This document shows positions 35,351 to 45,945 of a stretch of 64,000 nt of DNA, in pieces. The position numbers were made by a program, and so were the translations under genes. The stretch comes from Squalus acanthias (Eukaryota): the NCBI GenBank assembly GCA_030390025.1, contig JASTWF010000121.1, positions 682,001-746,000 of the forward strand. Direction: 5' to 3'. The number at the start of each line of letters is the position of its first letter. Position 1 is the stretch's first letter. The notes under the pieces were generated by a model that was not told the origin of the DNA, did not search any database, and saw only the letters and a program-made list of their open reading frames with translations.

Positions 35351-35674
35351 GGTCAACACGAACCCGACTCGCAGTGAACGCGCTTACATCCAGTTTAACT
35401 GCCTGTATTTGGGGGACTCCGAGAAACCCGCTCTCGAGAGGCGGGTCCATGATTATAATATGTTAATGAGGCTCCTTTCCTCAGATCTTGGCCGCCATTT
35501 TAATTTACCGCTGGCCGGCCAGGTTTCCCAGGACTCGGGAAACCCGGCAACCAAAGGGAGGCAGAGCAACCGGATCCAGCAGGTAAGAGCTTTGTAGAGC
35601 TCGGCTTGTGGGCCGTGAGGAGTCGGAGAGCTTTCCCCCGCGGCCCTGGTCCCTGACGGAAATCTTCTGCTGTT

Positions 35675-37236
35675 TCTACCCCCTCCCCGCGATCAACCCC
35701 CCTCCCCGCGATCTACCCCCTCCCCGCGAGCTACCCCCTCCCCGCGATCTACCCCCTCCCCGCGATCTACCCCCTCCCCGCGATCTACCCCCTCCCCGCG
35801 ATCTACCCCCTCCCCGCGATCTACCCCCTCCCCGCGATCTACCCCCCTCCCCGCGATCTACCCCATCCCCGCGATCTACCCCCCTCCCCGCGATCTACCC
35901 CCCTCCCTGCGATCTACCCCATACCCGCGATCTACCCCCCTCCCCGCGATCTACCCCCTCCCCGCGATCTACCCCCCTCCCCGCGATCTACCCCCCTCCC
36001 TGCGATCTACCCCCTCCCCGCGATCTACCCCCTCACCCCGCGATCTACCCCCTCACCCCGCGATCTACCCCCTCCCCACGATCTACCCCCTCCCCGCGAT
36101 CTACCCCCTCCCCGCGATCTACCCCCTCCCCACGATCTACCCCCTCCCCGCGATCTACCCCCTCCTCGCGATCTATCCCCTCCCCGGGATCTACCTCCCT
36201 CCCCGCGATCTACCCCCGCCCCGCGATCTACCCCCACCCCGCGATCTCCCCCCTCCCCGCGATCTCTCCCCCCTCCCCGCGATCTACCCTCTCCCGTGAT
36301 CTACCCCCTCCCTGCGATCTACCCCCCACCCCGTGATCTACCCCCTCCTCCCCCTCCCCGCGATCTACCCCCTCCCCGTGATCTACCCCCTCCCCGCGAT
36401 CTCTCCCCCCTCCCCGCGATCTGCCCCCTCCCCGTGATCTACCCCCTCCCCGCGATCTCTCCCCCCTCCCTGCGATCTACCCCCCACCCCGCGATCTACC
36501 CCCTCCCCCGATCTACCCCCTCCCCGCGATCTACCCTCTCCCGCGATCTACCCCCTCCCCGCGATCTACCCCTCCCCGCGATCTACCCCCTCCCCGCGAT
36601 CTACCCCTCCCCGCGATCTACCCCCTCCCCGCGATCTACCCCTCCCCGCGATCTACCCCCTCCCCGCGATCTACCCCCTCCCCGCGATCTACCCCCTCCC
36701 CCGCGATCTACCCCCTCCCCGCGATCTACCCCCCTCCCCGCGATCTACCCCCTCCCCGCGATCTCCCCCCTCCCCGCGATCTACACCCTCCCCGCGATCT
36801 ACCCCCTCCCCGCGATCTACCCCCTCCCCGCGATCTACCCCCTCCCCGCGATCTACCCCCTCCCCGCGATCTACCCCCTCCCCGCGATCTACCCCCTCCC
36901 CGCGATCTACCCCCTCCCCGCGATCTACCCCCTCCCCGCGATCTACCCCCTCCCCGCGATCTACCCCCTCCCCGCGATCTACCCCCCACCCCGCGATCTA
37001 CCCCTCCCCGCGATCTACCCCCTCCCCGCGATCTACCCCCCTCCCCGCGATCTACCCCCTCCCCGCGATCTACCCCCACCCCGCGATCTACCCCCTCCCC
37101 GCGATCTACCCCCTCCCGCGATCTACCCCCTCCCCGCGATCTACCCCCTCCCCGCGATCTACCCCCTCCCCGCGATCTACCCCCTCCCCGCGATCTACCC
37201 CCTCCCCGCGATCTACCCCTCCCCGCGATCTACCCT
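35675..37236. repeat. C-rich 18-bp tandem repeat
   Basis: (ccccgcgatctaccccct)n, two CpG per unit. Confidence 0.95.
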
Positions 37237-37674
37237 CCAACAGATTTCAGAAACTCGTTCTAAACTTGAAAAAAACAGAAACTCGAACATGAAAAAATAC
37301 TCCATCAGTTTCACACAAGGAACCCTTACAGAGAAATCCTCAACTGAAGAGGTGACTGTGAAATAAAGTTGTCCGAGGAACATGTTTAAAGGAGGCAGTG
37401 CCTTCAGTAAAGGAGGAGTCTTGGGGAGAAAATGTGAAACAAAGGCAAAGAAATCGGGGTCTCTAAAATGCTTAACTCTGAATGTCACAAACAGAAAAAC
37501 ATTTAAATACCACAGATGTTTGAATTTGCTTTAAGCAGGGTTTGTAGGGCCGGGTGTTGGACAGTTCCTCACATGTCCAAAAACTGGGTGTTAACTCCTG
37601 GGAGAGATGGGGAGGTCAGAGTTACTAACTGACATCTCCCAGTGAGCAGTGGAAAACAGTAGAATCTGCTTCAC

Positions 37675-38878
37675 CCACACTCACCCTCTCCCCACCCCCA
37701 CCCCACTCCCCCACCCCACTCCCCCACCCCCACCCCACTCCCCCACCCCACTCCCCCACCCCCACCCCACTCCCCCACCCCACTCCCCACCCCCACCCTC
37801 TCCCCACCCCCACCCTCCCCACCCCCACCCTCCCCCACCCCACCCTCCCCCACCCCCACCCCCACCCTCCCCCTCTCCCCACCCCCACCCCACTCCCCCA
37901 CCCCACTCCCCACCCTGCTCCCGCCCCACCCCACCCTCCCCCTCTCCCCACCCCACTCCCCCACCCCCACCCCCACCCCACTCCCCCACCCTGCTCCCGC
38001 CCCACCCCCACCCTCCCCCTCTCCCCACCCCCTCCCCCACCCTGCTCCCTGCCCCACCCACCCCCTCTCCCCACCCCCTCCACACTCCCCCACCCTGCTC
38101 CCCACCCCACACCCCCTCTCCCCTCTCCCCACCCCACTCCCCCACCCCTACCCCACACCCACCCTCCCCCACTCCCCAACCCTGCTCCACACCCCACCCC
38201 CACCCTCCCCCTCTCCCTACCCCCACCCCACTCCCCACCCCACTCCCCCACCCCACCCCCACCCTACCCCTCTCCCCACCCCCACCCTCCCCCTCTCCCC
38301 ACCCCCTCCCCACTCCCCCACCCTGCTGCCCACCCCACCCCCACCCTCCCCCTCTCCCCACCCCCCTCCCCACTCCCCCACCCTGCTCCCCACCCCACCC
38401 CCACCCTCCCCCTCTCCCCACCCCTCCCCACTCCCCCACCCTGCTCCCCACCCCACCCCCATCCTCCCCCTCTCCCCACCCCCACCCCACTCCCCCCCCA
38501 CTCCCCCACCCCACCCCCACCCTCCCCCTCTCCCCACCCCACCCTCCCCGCCCCCATCCCCAGCCTCCCCCACCCCCACCCCACTCCCCCACCCCACCCC
38601 CACCCTCCCGCTCTCCCCACCCCCACCCTCCCCCTCTCCCCACCCCCACCCTCCCCCTCCCCCTCTCCCCACCCCCACCCCACTCCCCCACCCTGCTCCT
38701 GTCCCACCCCCAGCCTCCCCCTCTCCCTACCCTCCCCCCACCCCCACCCTGCCCCCCGCTCCCCCCCACTCCCCCCCAACTCCTCCCCGCTCCCCCCCAC
38801 TCCCCACCCCCACCCCGCTTCCCCCCACTCCCCACCCTGCTCCCCCCCGCTCCCCCACCCTGCTCCCCCCCGCTCCTC
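37675..38878. repeat. C-rich low-complexity repeat
   Basis: (ccccacccccactc/ccctct)n. Confidence 0.92.
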
Positions 38879-38879
38879 C

Positions 38880-39180
38880 AAGAGATGACCTCCAGTTACA
38901 ATCTCAGCTGCCAATGTAAAGAGGAATTTGGTTCCCAGCAAGTCTGTGCAATGTGGTTTATTGCACTAAGACCCAAGAGATCTTTGCTTCTGTTATTCAA
39001 CTTCCTCTTTGTTAATGGGTTGCTTAATAGATATATTGGACGGCAATGACTGAAAAAATCATTATTTCAAAACAGGTCAGGGAAATATGGGTGTGAAAGG
39101 AAAGCTTCTATCTTCAGGCAACTGAGGCTCTGAGGAGAGTTTGAACAGCCTGGGATCGTTTGCTTTGGAGAAATATTAAT
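38880..39180. promoter_or_regulatory. Putative intron-1 enhancer motifs
   Basis: TGTGGTT (38952-38958), ACTTCCTCTTT (39000-39010) and AAAGAGGAA near 38918, all within ~100 bp. Motif evidence only. Confidence 0.3.
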
Positions 39181-40217
39181 CGGCTAGAAATTGGTCATCG
39201 CTGCGCCCATCATCCAGGCGGAAAACAGGAGCAAAAAGGACCAATTCCGCAGGGTCTGCACTGCACCCCAAGAACGCCTGAAAACGGCCAGAAGACTTTC
39301 AGGCATCCGGGATGGCTGCCTAAAACAGGCGTTAGGACCCTTGAGTATGCTAATGACGCTGGCGCCAGTTACGCTAAATAAGCGAAAATAAGCAAAAAGC
39401 TCCTTATTTGCATATGCAAAGGGTTAATGCCTGTAAATATCTGCTTCTGTGGGTCGGTGTGAAATTGTGTGGATAACGTTCCTGTGAAGCACCTTGGGAG
39501 GTTTTATTACGTTAAAGGTGCTGTATAAATACAAGTGGTTCTCAGTGAATGGCTCGGGTTGAATTGGGCCACAAACAGGCTGGGCAAACAGGGAGGTGGA
39601 GCCCAGCTTCTCCAAGTATTGGCTGACCGGATTAAACACAAGGACAACTGGCAGACCCCCAAATTCTGGGTAGAAAACAAATGGAGTTGTGAGCATTAGT
39701 GAATAAATGGCAGCAGTGGGAAGACCAACAAATCAGTAAGTTAATGGAACAGTGAGCGCGGAATGAACTTCAGGGCCATGGGCCCACTAAAATAAACTCA
39801 TGAAGCAGCAGGCACATCAACAGATGAATGGATTCATGGAGCAATGTTAGTGAATTTATAGAGAATGGGCAGAGCAACAAATCAATAAAGTAAGGGAGCA
39901 GCTGGCCTCAGTGAACTCACATCCCTTCTTCCCTTTGGCGCCAGTGCTTCCTGCCCCTGAAGCTGTGAACCGACTCTCACTGGTTTCACCAGCGATTTAC
40001 TTTTCAAAGCACTATGAGCGAATGTCATGTATTTGCTGACTATAAGGGCAAGTTCAAAACGCTAAAGGTGGTTTCAGCTAAGAAAGAGGTGTTTAGTTTG
40101 CCATGGCACTTAAACAGTTAATATATATTTGTATAGTATAATCAGTTTATGTTCTTGTAAAGATTCCTGCTGTTTAAAATCCACTGGTGGCTAAATTTTA
40201 ATATAGATTGATATATA

Positions 40218-40630
40218 CAGGAAACTTTCGTTTATCCGGCATCGACGGGACCAGCGTGCTGCCGGTTTATCGAAAGTACCGGATAACAGAGAGTTATATC
40301 TACCGAGGCTATTTTTAACAAAGAGACTCCAAGCAGCACGGGAGAATCTATTCAAGCTACTGCAATGTTTCGGACTTGCGACAGCGACAGGAGGCCGAGT
40401 AGTGGCACTTTTGAAAAGTACCCCTACTGACTAAATCGGCGTTCGCGGACTCGGGATCGGCAACATTGCCGGTTATTTGAGAGGATTTTTCAGAGCACTC
40501 GGCGTTCGCGGAGACTCGACTGCGACTCGGCAACATTGCCGGTTATTTGAGAGGAGTTTTCGGAGGATGATTTTTGCCGGTTAAGCGAGAATTCCGGATA
40601 TTTGGGTGCCGGACAAACGAAAGTTTCCTG
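40218..40630. mobile_element. Tc1/mariner-pogo type MITE
   Basis: 24-bp TIR caggaaactttcgttt(a/g)tccggca with one mismatch, TA on both sides, and an internal ~60-bp duplication. Confidence 0.88.
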
Positions 40631-40703
40631 TAGATAGATATAGATAAATAGGTGTATCCCACTCAATGATGTACACAAACACCCCATACAAGTAAAACAC
40701 ATT

Positions 40704-41444
40704 GGCCCAAAAATTAGTGAGTGAGCCTTCGTGCGAGGGTAAGGCCTCCCCGCGATCTCTCACTGCGCGCTGGCTTTTTCAGTCCGAGCTCGCACGAACT
40801 TGATGTTCTGGACAGCAGCTGTGCAGGGCTTTCGTATCCCACAGGCGTAGTTAATTCGTGCGAGCTGTGGGATCACGTGACTCAGTTAGAGCCAATGGCA
40901 GCACACCATCTTTCATTCATAGCTTTCACAGCATGGCTGTGAAAGCTATGAATACTATACCCCCCCAAAAGAACAGCTAAACCTCAATTAAATTTTAAAA
41001 AACCATCACATTAATAAAATAAGTATAGTTAAATAAATTAACCATTTTAAACAAAAAATTAAATTTTTGAAAAAATTTAAAATCTTTTAAAAAGTTATAA
41101 AAATAAACTTATCTGTCTTTAAAGTCTCTAAAAAAGATATACCTGTTAAAAAAAATTCAAAATAATACTTAATTAAGTACTTACCTTGTTAAAAGAGGGT
41201 CTTACACCTCCTTTCTTTATGTCTAAAATCTTCCATTCTTACCTGCGCGTTCAAAGCACTAAGTGCACTGCATGCGCGCAGCCTGTAGCGCGCACGCGGT
41301 TCACCTAGGAACCGCCCCCTTTTGAATTCACCAAGTGCCGGTTTTCAGCGCATGCGCAGTGCATGCAGAAAACCGGCAATTGGAGACAGAATACGCGAGA
41401 GTACACAGTGCGTACTCTCGCGTAGCGGCACTAATTTTTGGGCC
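40704..41444. mobile_element. MITE family B copy 2
   Basis: Perfect 16-bp TIR ggcccaaaaattagtg, flanks att/aat. Highly similar to 29319-30059. Confidence 0.88.
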
Positions 41445-42590
41445 AATAAGAAAATATTCTGATTTGTCTTTCTTGGATCCAGAGTGGATGACCTCACACT
41501 TACCCAGCATAAAGCCCACCTGTCATAGTTTTGCCCACTCAATTAGTCTGTCTATGTAACTTCCTGTTCCCATCTGCACAACTTACTGTGCCTCCTAACT
41601 TAGTGCCATCTGCAAACTTGGATATGCAACTCTCTGTCCCTCCATCCAAGTCACTAATATATATGGTGAAAAGCTGAGGCCCCAGTACAGATCCCTGGAG
41701 AACACCACTTGTCACATCCCGCCAATCAGAGTACCGATCAATGTCTCCTACCTCCCAACCAATTACCAACCTATGTCACAAAGTTACCTTCAATTCCATG
41801 CCTCCTCATTTTTGATAATCTGTGTGGAACCTGATCAAGTGCTTTCTGGAAGACCATGTAGACAACATCCGTAGACACTCCCCTATCCACCCTGCGAGTG
41901 ACCTCCTAAACACATTCAACTAGGTGAGCCAGACATGACCAACCCTTCACAATCCATGCTGACTCTCTTTGATGGGCTCAGACTTGTCCGAGTGCTCAGT
42001 CGCTCTGTCCCTGATAGATTCCAGCAACATCCCCACAACTGACATTAAACTGACAGGTCTGTAGTTACTCGGTTTCTGCCTCCCTCCCTTCTTAAAACAC
42101 GGACTGGCATTTGCAATTTTCCAGTCCAAGGACTTAATTCCTGATTCTAGAGGACTTTGGAAAATTATGACTAACACATCTGCAGTTTCCTCACCTGTTT
42201 CTTGTAATATCCAGGGGTGGAAACCATCAGGTCCTGGAGATTTGTCGATCTTAACTCCCAATATTTACTCCATTGACATTTCTTTACATGTATTAATTCT
42301 AGTAAGTTCTTCTAAACAAATGCAAGGTTTTCATTTATCAAGTCTGCCATTTCCTTCTTGTCTATTATAGTCTCGCCTGCATCTGTCTTTATTGGGCCCA
42401 CTTTCCACCTCAGCCACTCTCTCTCTTAATATACTGAGAACTTCTGCTGTTAGCTTTGATATTCTTCACGAGTTTATTTTTCTGTATTCCTTTTTTGCAC
42501 CTCTTACTTTCTTTGTATCCCTTTGTTGCTTTATTTCCACTTTGCCGTGCATTTGTGCCAGCCTTTTCTTTTAGCTTATTACTGTTTCTT
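41445..42590 (-). mobile_element. Old degenerate CR1 fragment
   Basis: [21 protein letters not shown] and KFAD remnants. Confidence 0.85.
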
Positions 42591-42963
42591 ACCTCACAGG
42601 AGGTGCCAGCCTACTGATAGCTCACCCAAGTGACGGTTCTTTATAAGTGAATCTGAACAATGCATCTTGGATGGCTTCTCAGCCTTGAAGAGCAGTTGAG
42701 CCTATTGGTCTCCACAGCCCAGCAGTCACACACACAGATCAGGAGTGGGGTAACTGGGCAGTGTGGCTCAGTGTCACATCTTACGGTGTATTTGCCCATT
42801 GAACCATGAGAAAGCCCAAAATATCTCAACTCTTAAACATAAATATCTGACTGAAAAATACCCGACTCACACCACCCGCCCACAATCGGTAAATCAAACT
42901 CAAAAATGTAATCATGTGAATCCAGACCCAGGTTGGGTGACCCCACTCTGGGCATTTACTCAC

Positions 42964-43015
42964 CCACTGCGACACAGAGGGTCAGAGTCACGGCTGAGAG
43001 CGTCGGGCCAAACAT
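42964..43015 (-). CDS. Exon 1 (signal peptide) of multi-VJ Ig-domain gene
   Basis: The minus strand reads ATG TTT GGC CCG ACG CTC TCA GCC GTG ACT CTG ACC CTC TGT GTC GCA GTG G|gtgagt = MFGPTLSAVTLTLCVAV+G. This is a hydrophobic 17-codon leader with a consensus phase-1 donor, in frame with the V1 exon (MFGPTLSAVTLTLCVAVGLKA-STILIQSP). It is too short to appear in the ORF track. Confidence 0.8.
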
Positions 43016-43170
43016 TTCAAACAATCTTATTTTAAAGATGAAATTCCTGTTCATTCGCACATTGTATAATATGTTACCGTTGATGTTTCAGAAATTGCTG
43101 ATTGTCACTCAACTTCCTTACATGGTTGTCACAGCTCGAATACAAACCACATAAAGAGGAAGGAATAACA
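43016..43170 (-). promoter_or_regulatory. Putative proximal promoter of the VJ-domain gene
   Basis: Non-repeat sequence directly upstream of the leader ATG. Contains ETS core ACTTCCT (43112-43118), RUNX site AACCACA (43145-43151) and an adjacent purine box AAAGAGGAAG (43153-43162). No clear TATA box. Confidence 0.5.
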
Positions 43171-43234
43171 AGAACAAGTGGGCTGTCCTCTGAAAAAAAA
43201 ATTCACACATCATCAAACAAGCAACCAAACAAAT

Positions 43235-43572
43235 ACAAAAGCAAAATGCTGCGGATGCTGGAAATACTCAGCAGGTCAGGCAGCATCTGTGGAGAGAGAA
43301 ACAGAGTTAACGTTTCAGGTCGATGACCCTTCATCAGAACTGGAAAAAGTTGGAGATGGAACAGGTTTTTAAGCAAGTGTAGGGTCAGGGAAAGGGGGGA
43401 GGGGAGGAAAGAACAGAAGGGAAGGTCTGTGATAGGCTGGAAGGCAGGAGAGATTAAGAGACAAAAGGGATGATGGTGCAAGGCAAAAGGAGATGGTAAT
43501 GGGACAAGTTAAGAAACAAAAGATGACTCTAGATGAAGTGTAAATGGCAATGGCAGAATGATTGACAGCTGC
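43235..43572 (-). mobile_element. Penelope terminal-repeat fragment with hammerhead motif (43306-43340)
   Basis: Matches 4500-4750. Minus strand gttCTGATGAagggtcatcgacctGAAAcgttaac. Confidence 0.85.
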
Positions 43573-44129
43573 CATGTGATGCAGCCAAACTATTTTGTAC
43601 CCATCTCTCCTGAATGCAATGTTTCCCACTCGAGTCGAGAAGCACTGTCTGGGACAGGCTGGATGGACCTGTGGGTCTATTCCTCTCCAGAATTTTCAAA
43701 TGTTCTTAATATTTCACCAGAAATGAAACATTTGAGAAATCCTCTCACCTGAGCTGAAAATCTGCATCCCTTCCGGCACGTTCCTGCAGTAACTCCGGGG
43801 GACGTTTGGTAGAAAGGCCACAAATTCTGCCGAGGCCCCAGATATCCAGGTCCTGCCCTTACCTTGGTGGATCTGCTGGGTCTTGTAAGGGGTGAATCCT
43901 CTGCCTGCCCCAAACAAGGGCAGCGGTGTAGGAGGTAGTGAAGCGAGGGGCTCCCAACGCTGAGGGTTCCGGTATCCCCAGCCTCTCACTCACCGGGCAT
44001 ATCACAGGCGGCCGGAACCAGTGTACCAGCTGAAGTGAGGCCAGGAGTTTCAGCTTCTTCAAAGGTGGAAGTGGGGCTGGGAGACTGAGCCTGGTCTCCC
44101 CAAGAAAGGAGGTGCCATTTCTTTTGAAG

Positions 44130-45352
44130 TGTCAAGCGTGGTTCAGTGGGCAGCACTCTCACCTCTGAGTCAGAAGGTTGTGAGTTCAAGTCCCACTCCG
44201 GAGACCTGAACACATAATCCAGGCTGACACTCCAGTGCAGTGCTGAGGGAGTGCTGCACTGTTGGAGGTGCTGTCTTTCGGATGAGATATTGGCCCAGAA
44301 ATTGGATTTCGATGGTTGCCGCGGGGGTAAGGATCCCCCGCGATATCGCACTCCACGCCTACCTTTATGGTTTTGGTCCACACGAACTTCAGTTCCTGGG
44401 CCTCTCCCTGGTGCCGGCGCGCAGTGTGTGCGTGTCCCAGAGGCGCAGTTAGTTCGATGCTACCTCTGGGATCACGTGAGCCAGTTAGAGCCAATGGCAG
44501 CACACCATCTTTCATTCATAGTTTTGACAGGAAGAGCTGTCAAAACTATGAATACAACAAGCCCCCAAAAGAACAGCTAAACCTCAATTAAATTTAAAAA
44601 AAAGCCATCACATTAATAAAATAACTATAGTTAAATAAATTAACCACATTAAACAAAAATTTAAATTTTTGAAAAAATTTAAATTCTTTTTAAAAGTTAT
44701 AAAAATAAACTTACCTTTCTTTAAAGTCTCTAAAAAAGATAAACCTGTTGAAAAACTTTTTAAATAATACTTAATTAACTACTTACCTTGTTAAAAGGGG
44801 GTCTTACGCCTGCTTTCTTTATGTGTAAAATCTTCAACAATTACCTGCGCGTTCAAACCTGAAAAAAAACTAAGTGCGCACAACCTGTAGCGCGCACGCG
44901 GTTCACTAAGGAACCACCCCCTTCGCAATACCCGAAGTGCCGGTTTCCCGCACATGCACAGTGCATGCAGGAAACCGGCACTTCGGGACCTAATACGCGA
45001 GAGTACACAGTGCGTACTCTCCCGCATTAGGTCTAATTTTCGGGCCATTAAACCGAGGCTTCATCGGCTCTCTCAGGTGGATGTAAAAGATCCCACGGCA
45101 CTAATCGAAGAAGAGAAGGGGAGTTCTCCCCAGAGTCCTGGTCAAGATTTATCCCTCAACCAACATCACCAAAACAGATTATCTGGTCATTATCTCATTG
45201 CTGCTAGTGGGATCTTGCTGTGTGTACATTGGCTGCTGCGTTTCCTATGTTACAACAGTGGCTACACTTCCAAATTACTTCATTGGCTGTAAAGCGTTTT
45301 GGGACGTCCTGAGGTTGTGAAAGTTCGATAGAAATGCAAGTCTTTCTTTCTT
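44130..45352 (+). mobile_element. Deu-domain SINE split by MITE family B copy 3
   Basis: tRNA head at ~44135-44195; core gagatatt|aaaccgagg interrupted by the MITE; tail aaatgcaagtctttctttc. Confidence 0.85.
44292..45046. mobile_element. MITE family B copy 3
   Basis: TIRs ggcccagaaatt / aattttcgggcc with exact 3-bp TSD att. Confidence 0.88.
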
Positions 45353-45945
45353 TGGTTATTGGTTCTTTATACTGGGAGCTGCTTTCCAGAGTGGCTCCCT
45401 GATACTCCCCCTTCTCTCCCTGCTATTTAGATTACTACTTCAAAGTAAGCCAGCAAACTATGACCAGAGGATACAAACAGAAATTAGAGCAAAGTACATT
45501 TAAAACTGAATATCAAAGAGTGCTAAATGTTTCAACGCTGTACAGAAAGGGCAGAAACACCGGGATTATTCAAAATGAAATAGGATGATGTGACAAGTTA
45601 GGATACTCGAGTGATCAGAAGGGACCATTTTGCCTTTTCTCATCCCAGAGAGATCTGGGAATAGATACACAAATCTCTAAAAGTAGCAACACAATTTGGT
45701 AAGGTCATAAAGCGTGCAAACAAAGTAAGAGGGTTCAGTTGTAGAGGAACAGAATTCAAAGAAGTAGGGAGGTTATGTTAAACCTTGCTTAGACCACCCT
45801 TGGAGCTATTGTGTGCAGTTCTGGTCCCCATACTACAAAAATGATATTGACCCACTGGAGGAAGTGCAGGAAAGATTTACAAGCATGTTATCAGAATTGA
45901 GAGGAGGCAACTTTGGAGAAAGATTAAGCAGCCAGGGACTCTTTT

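Noticed and set aside
33995-38878. Ig class-switch region
   Set aside because: The repeat units lack AGCT/WGCW AID hotspots and lie between the leader and V1 rather than upstream of a C exon.
33386-39049. Long Gly/Arg- or Pro-rich ORFs
   Set aside because: These are artefacts of stop-free G/C tandem repeats, open in several frames on both strands.
39406-39421. Ig octamer ATTTGCAT in a palindrome (tttgcatatgcaaa)
   Set aside because: It lies inside a MITE-like fragment starting ggctagaaatt (~39182) in intron 1, not near the leader, so it cannot be supported as a promoter element.
15033-44200. tRNA genes at ~15035, ~32230 and ~44135
   Set aside because: The A/B boxes run straight into SINE bodies, so these are SINE heads.
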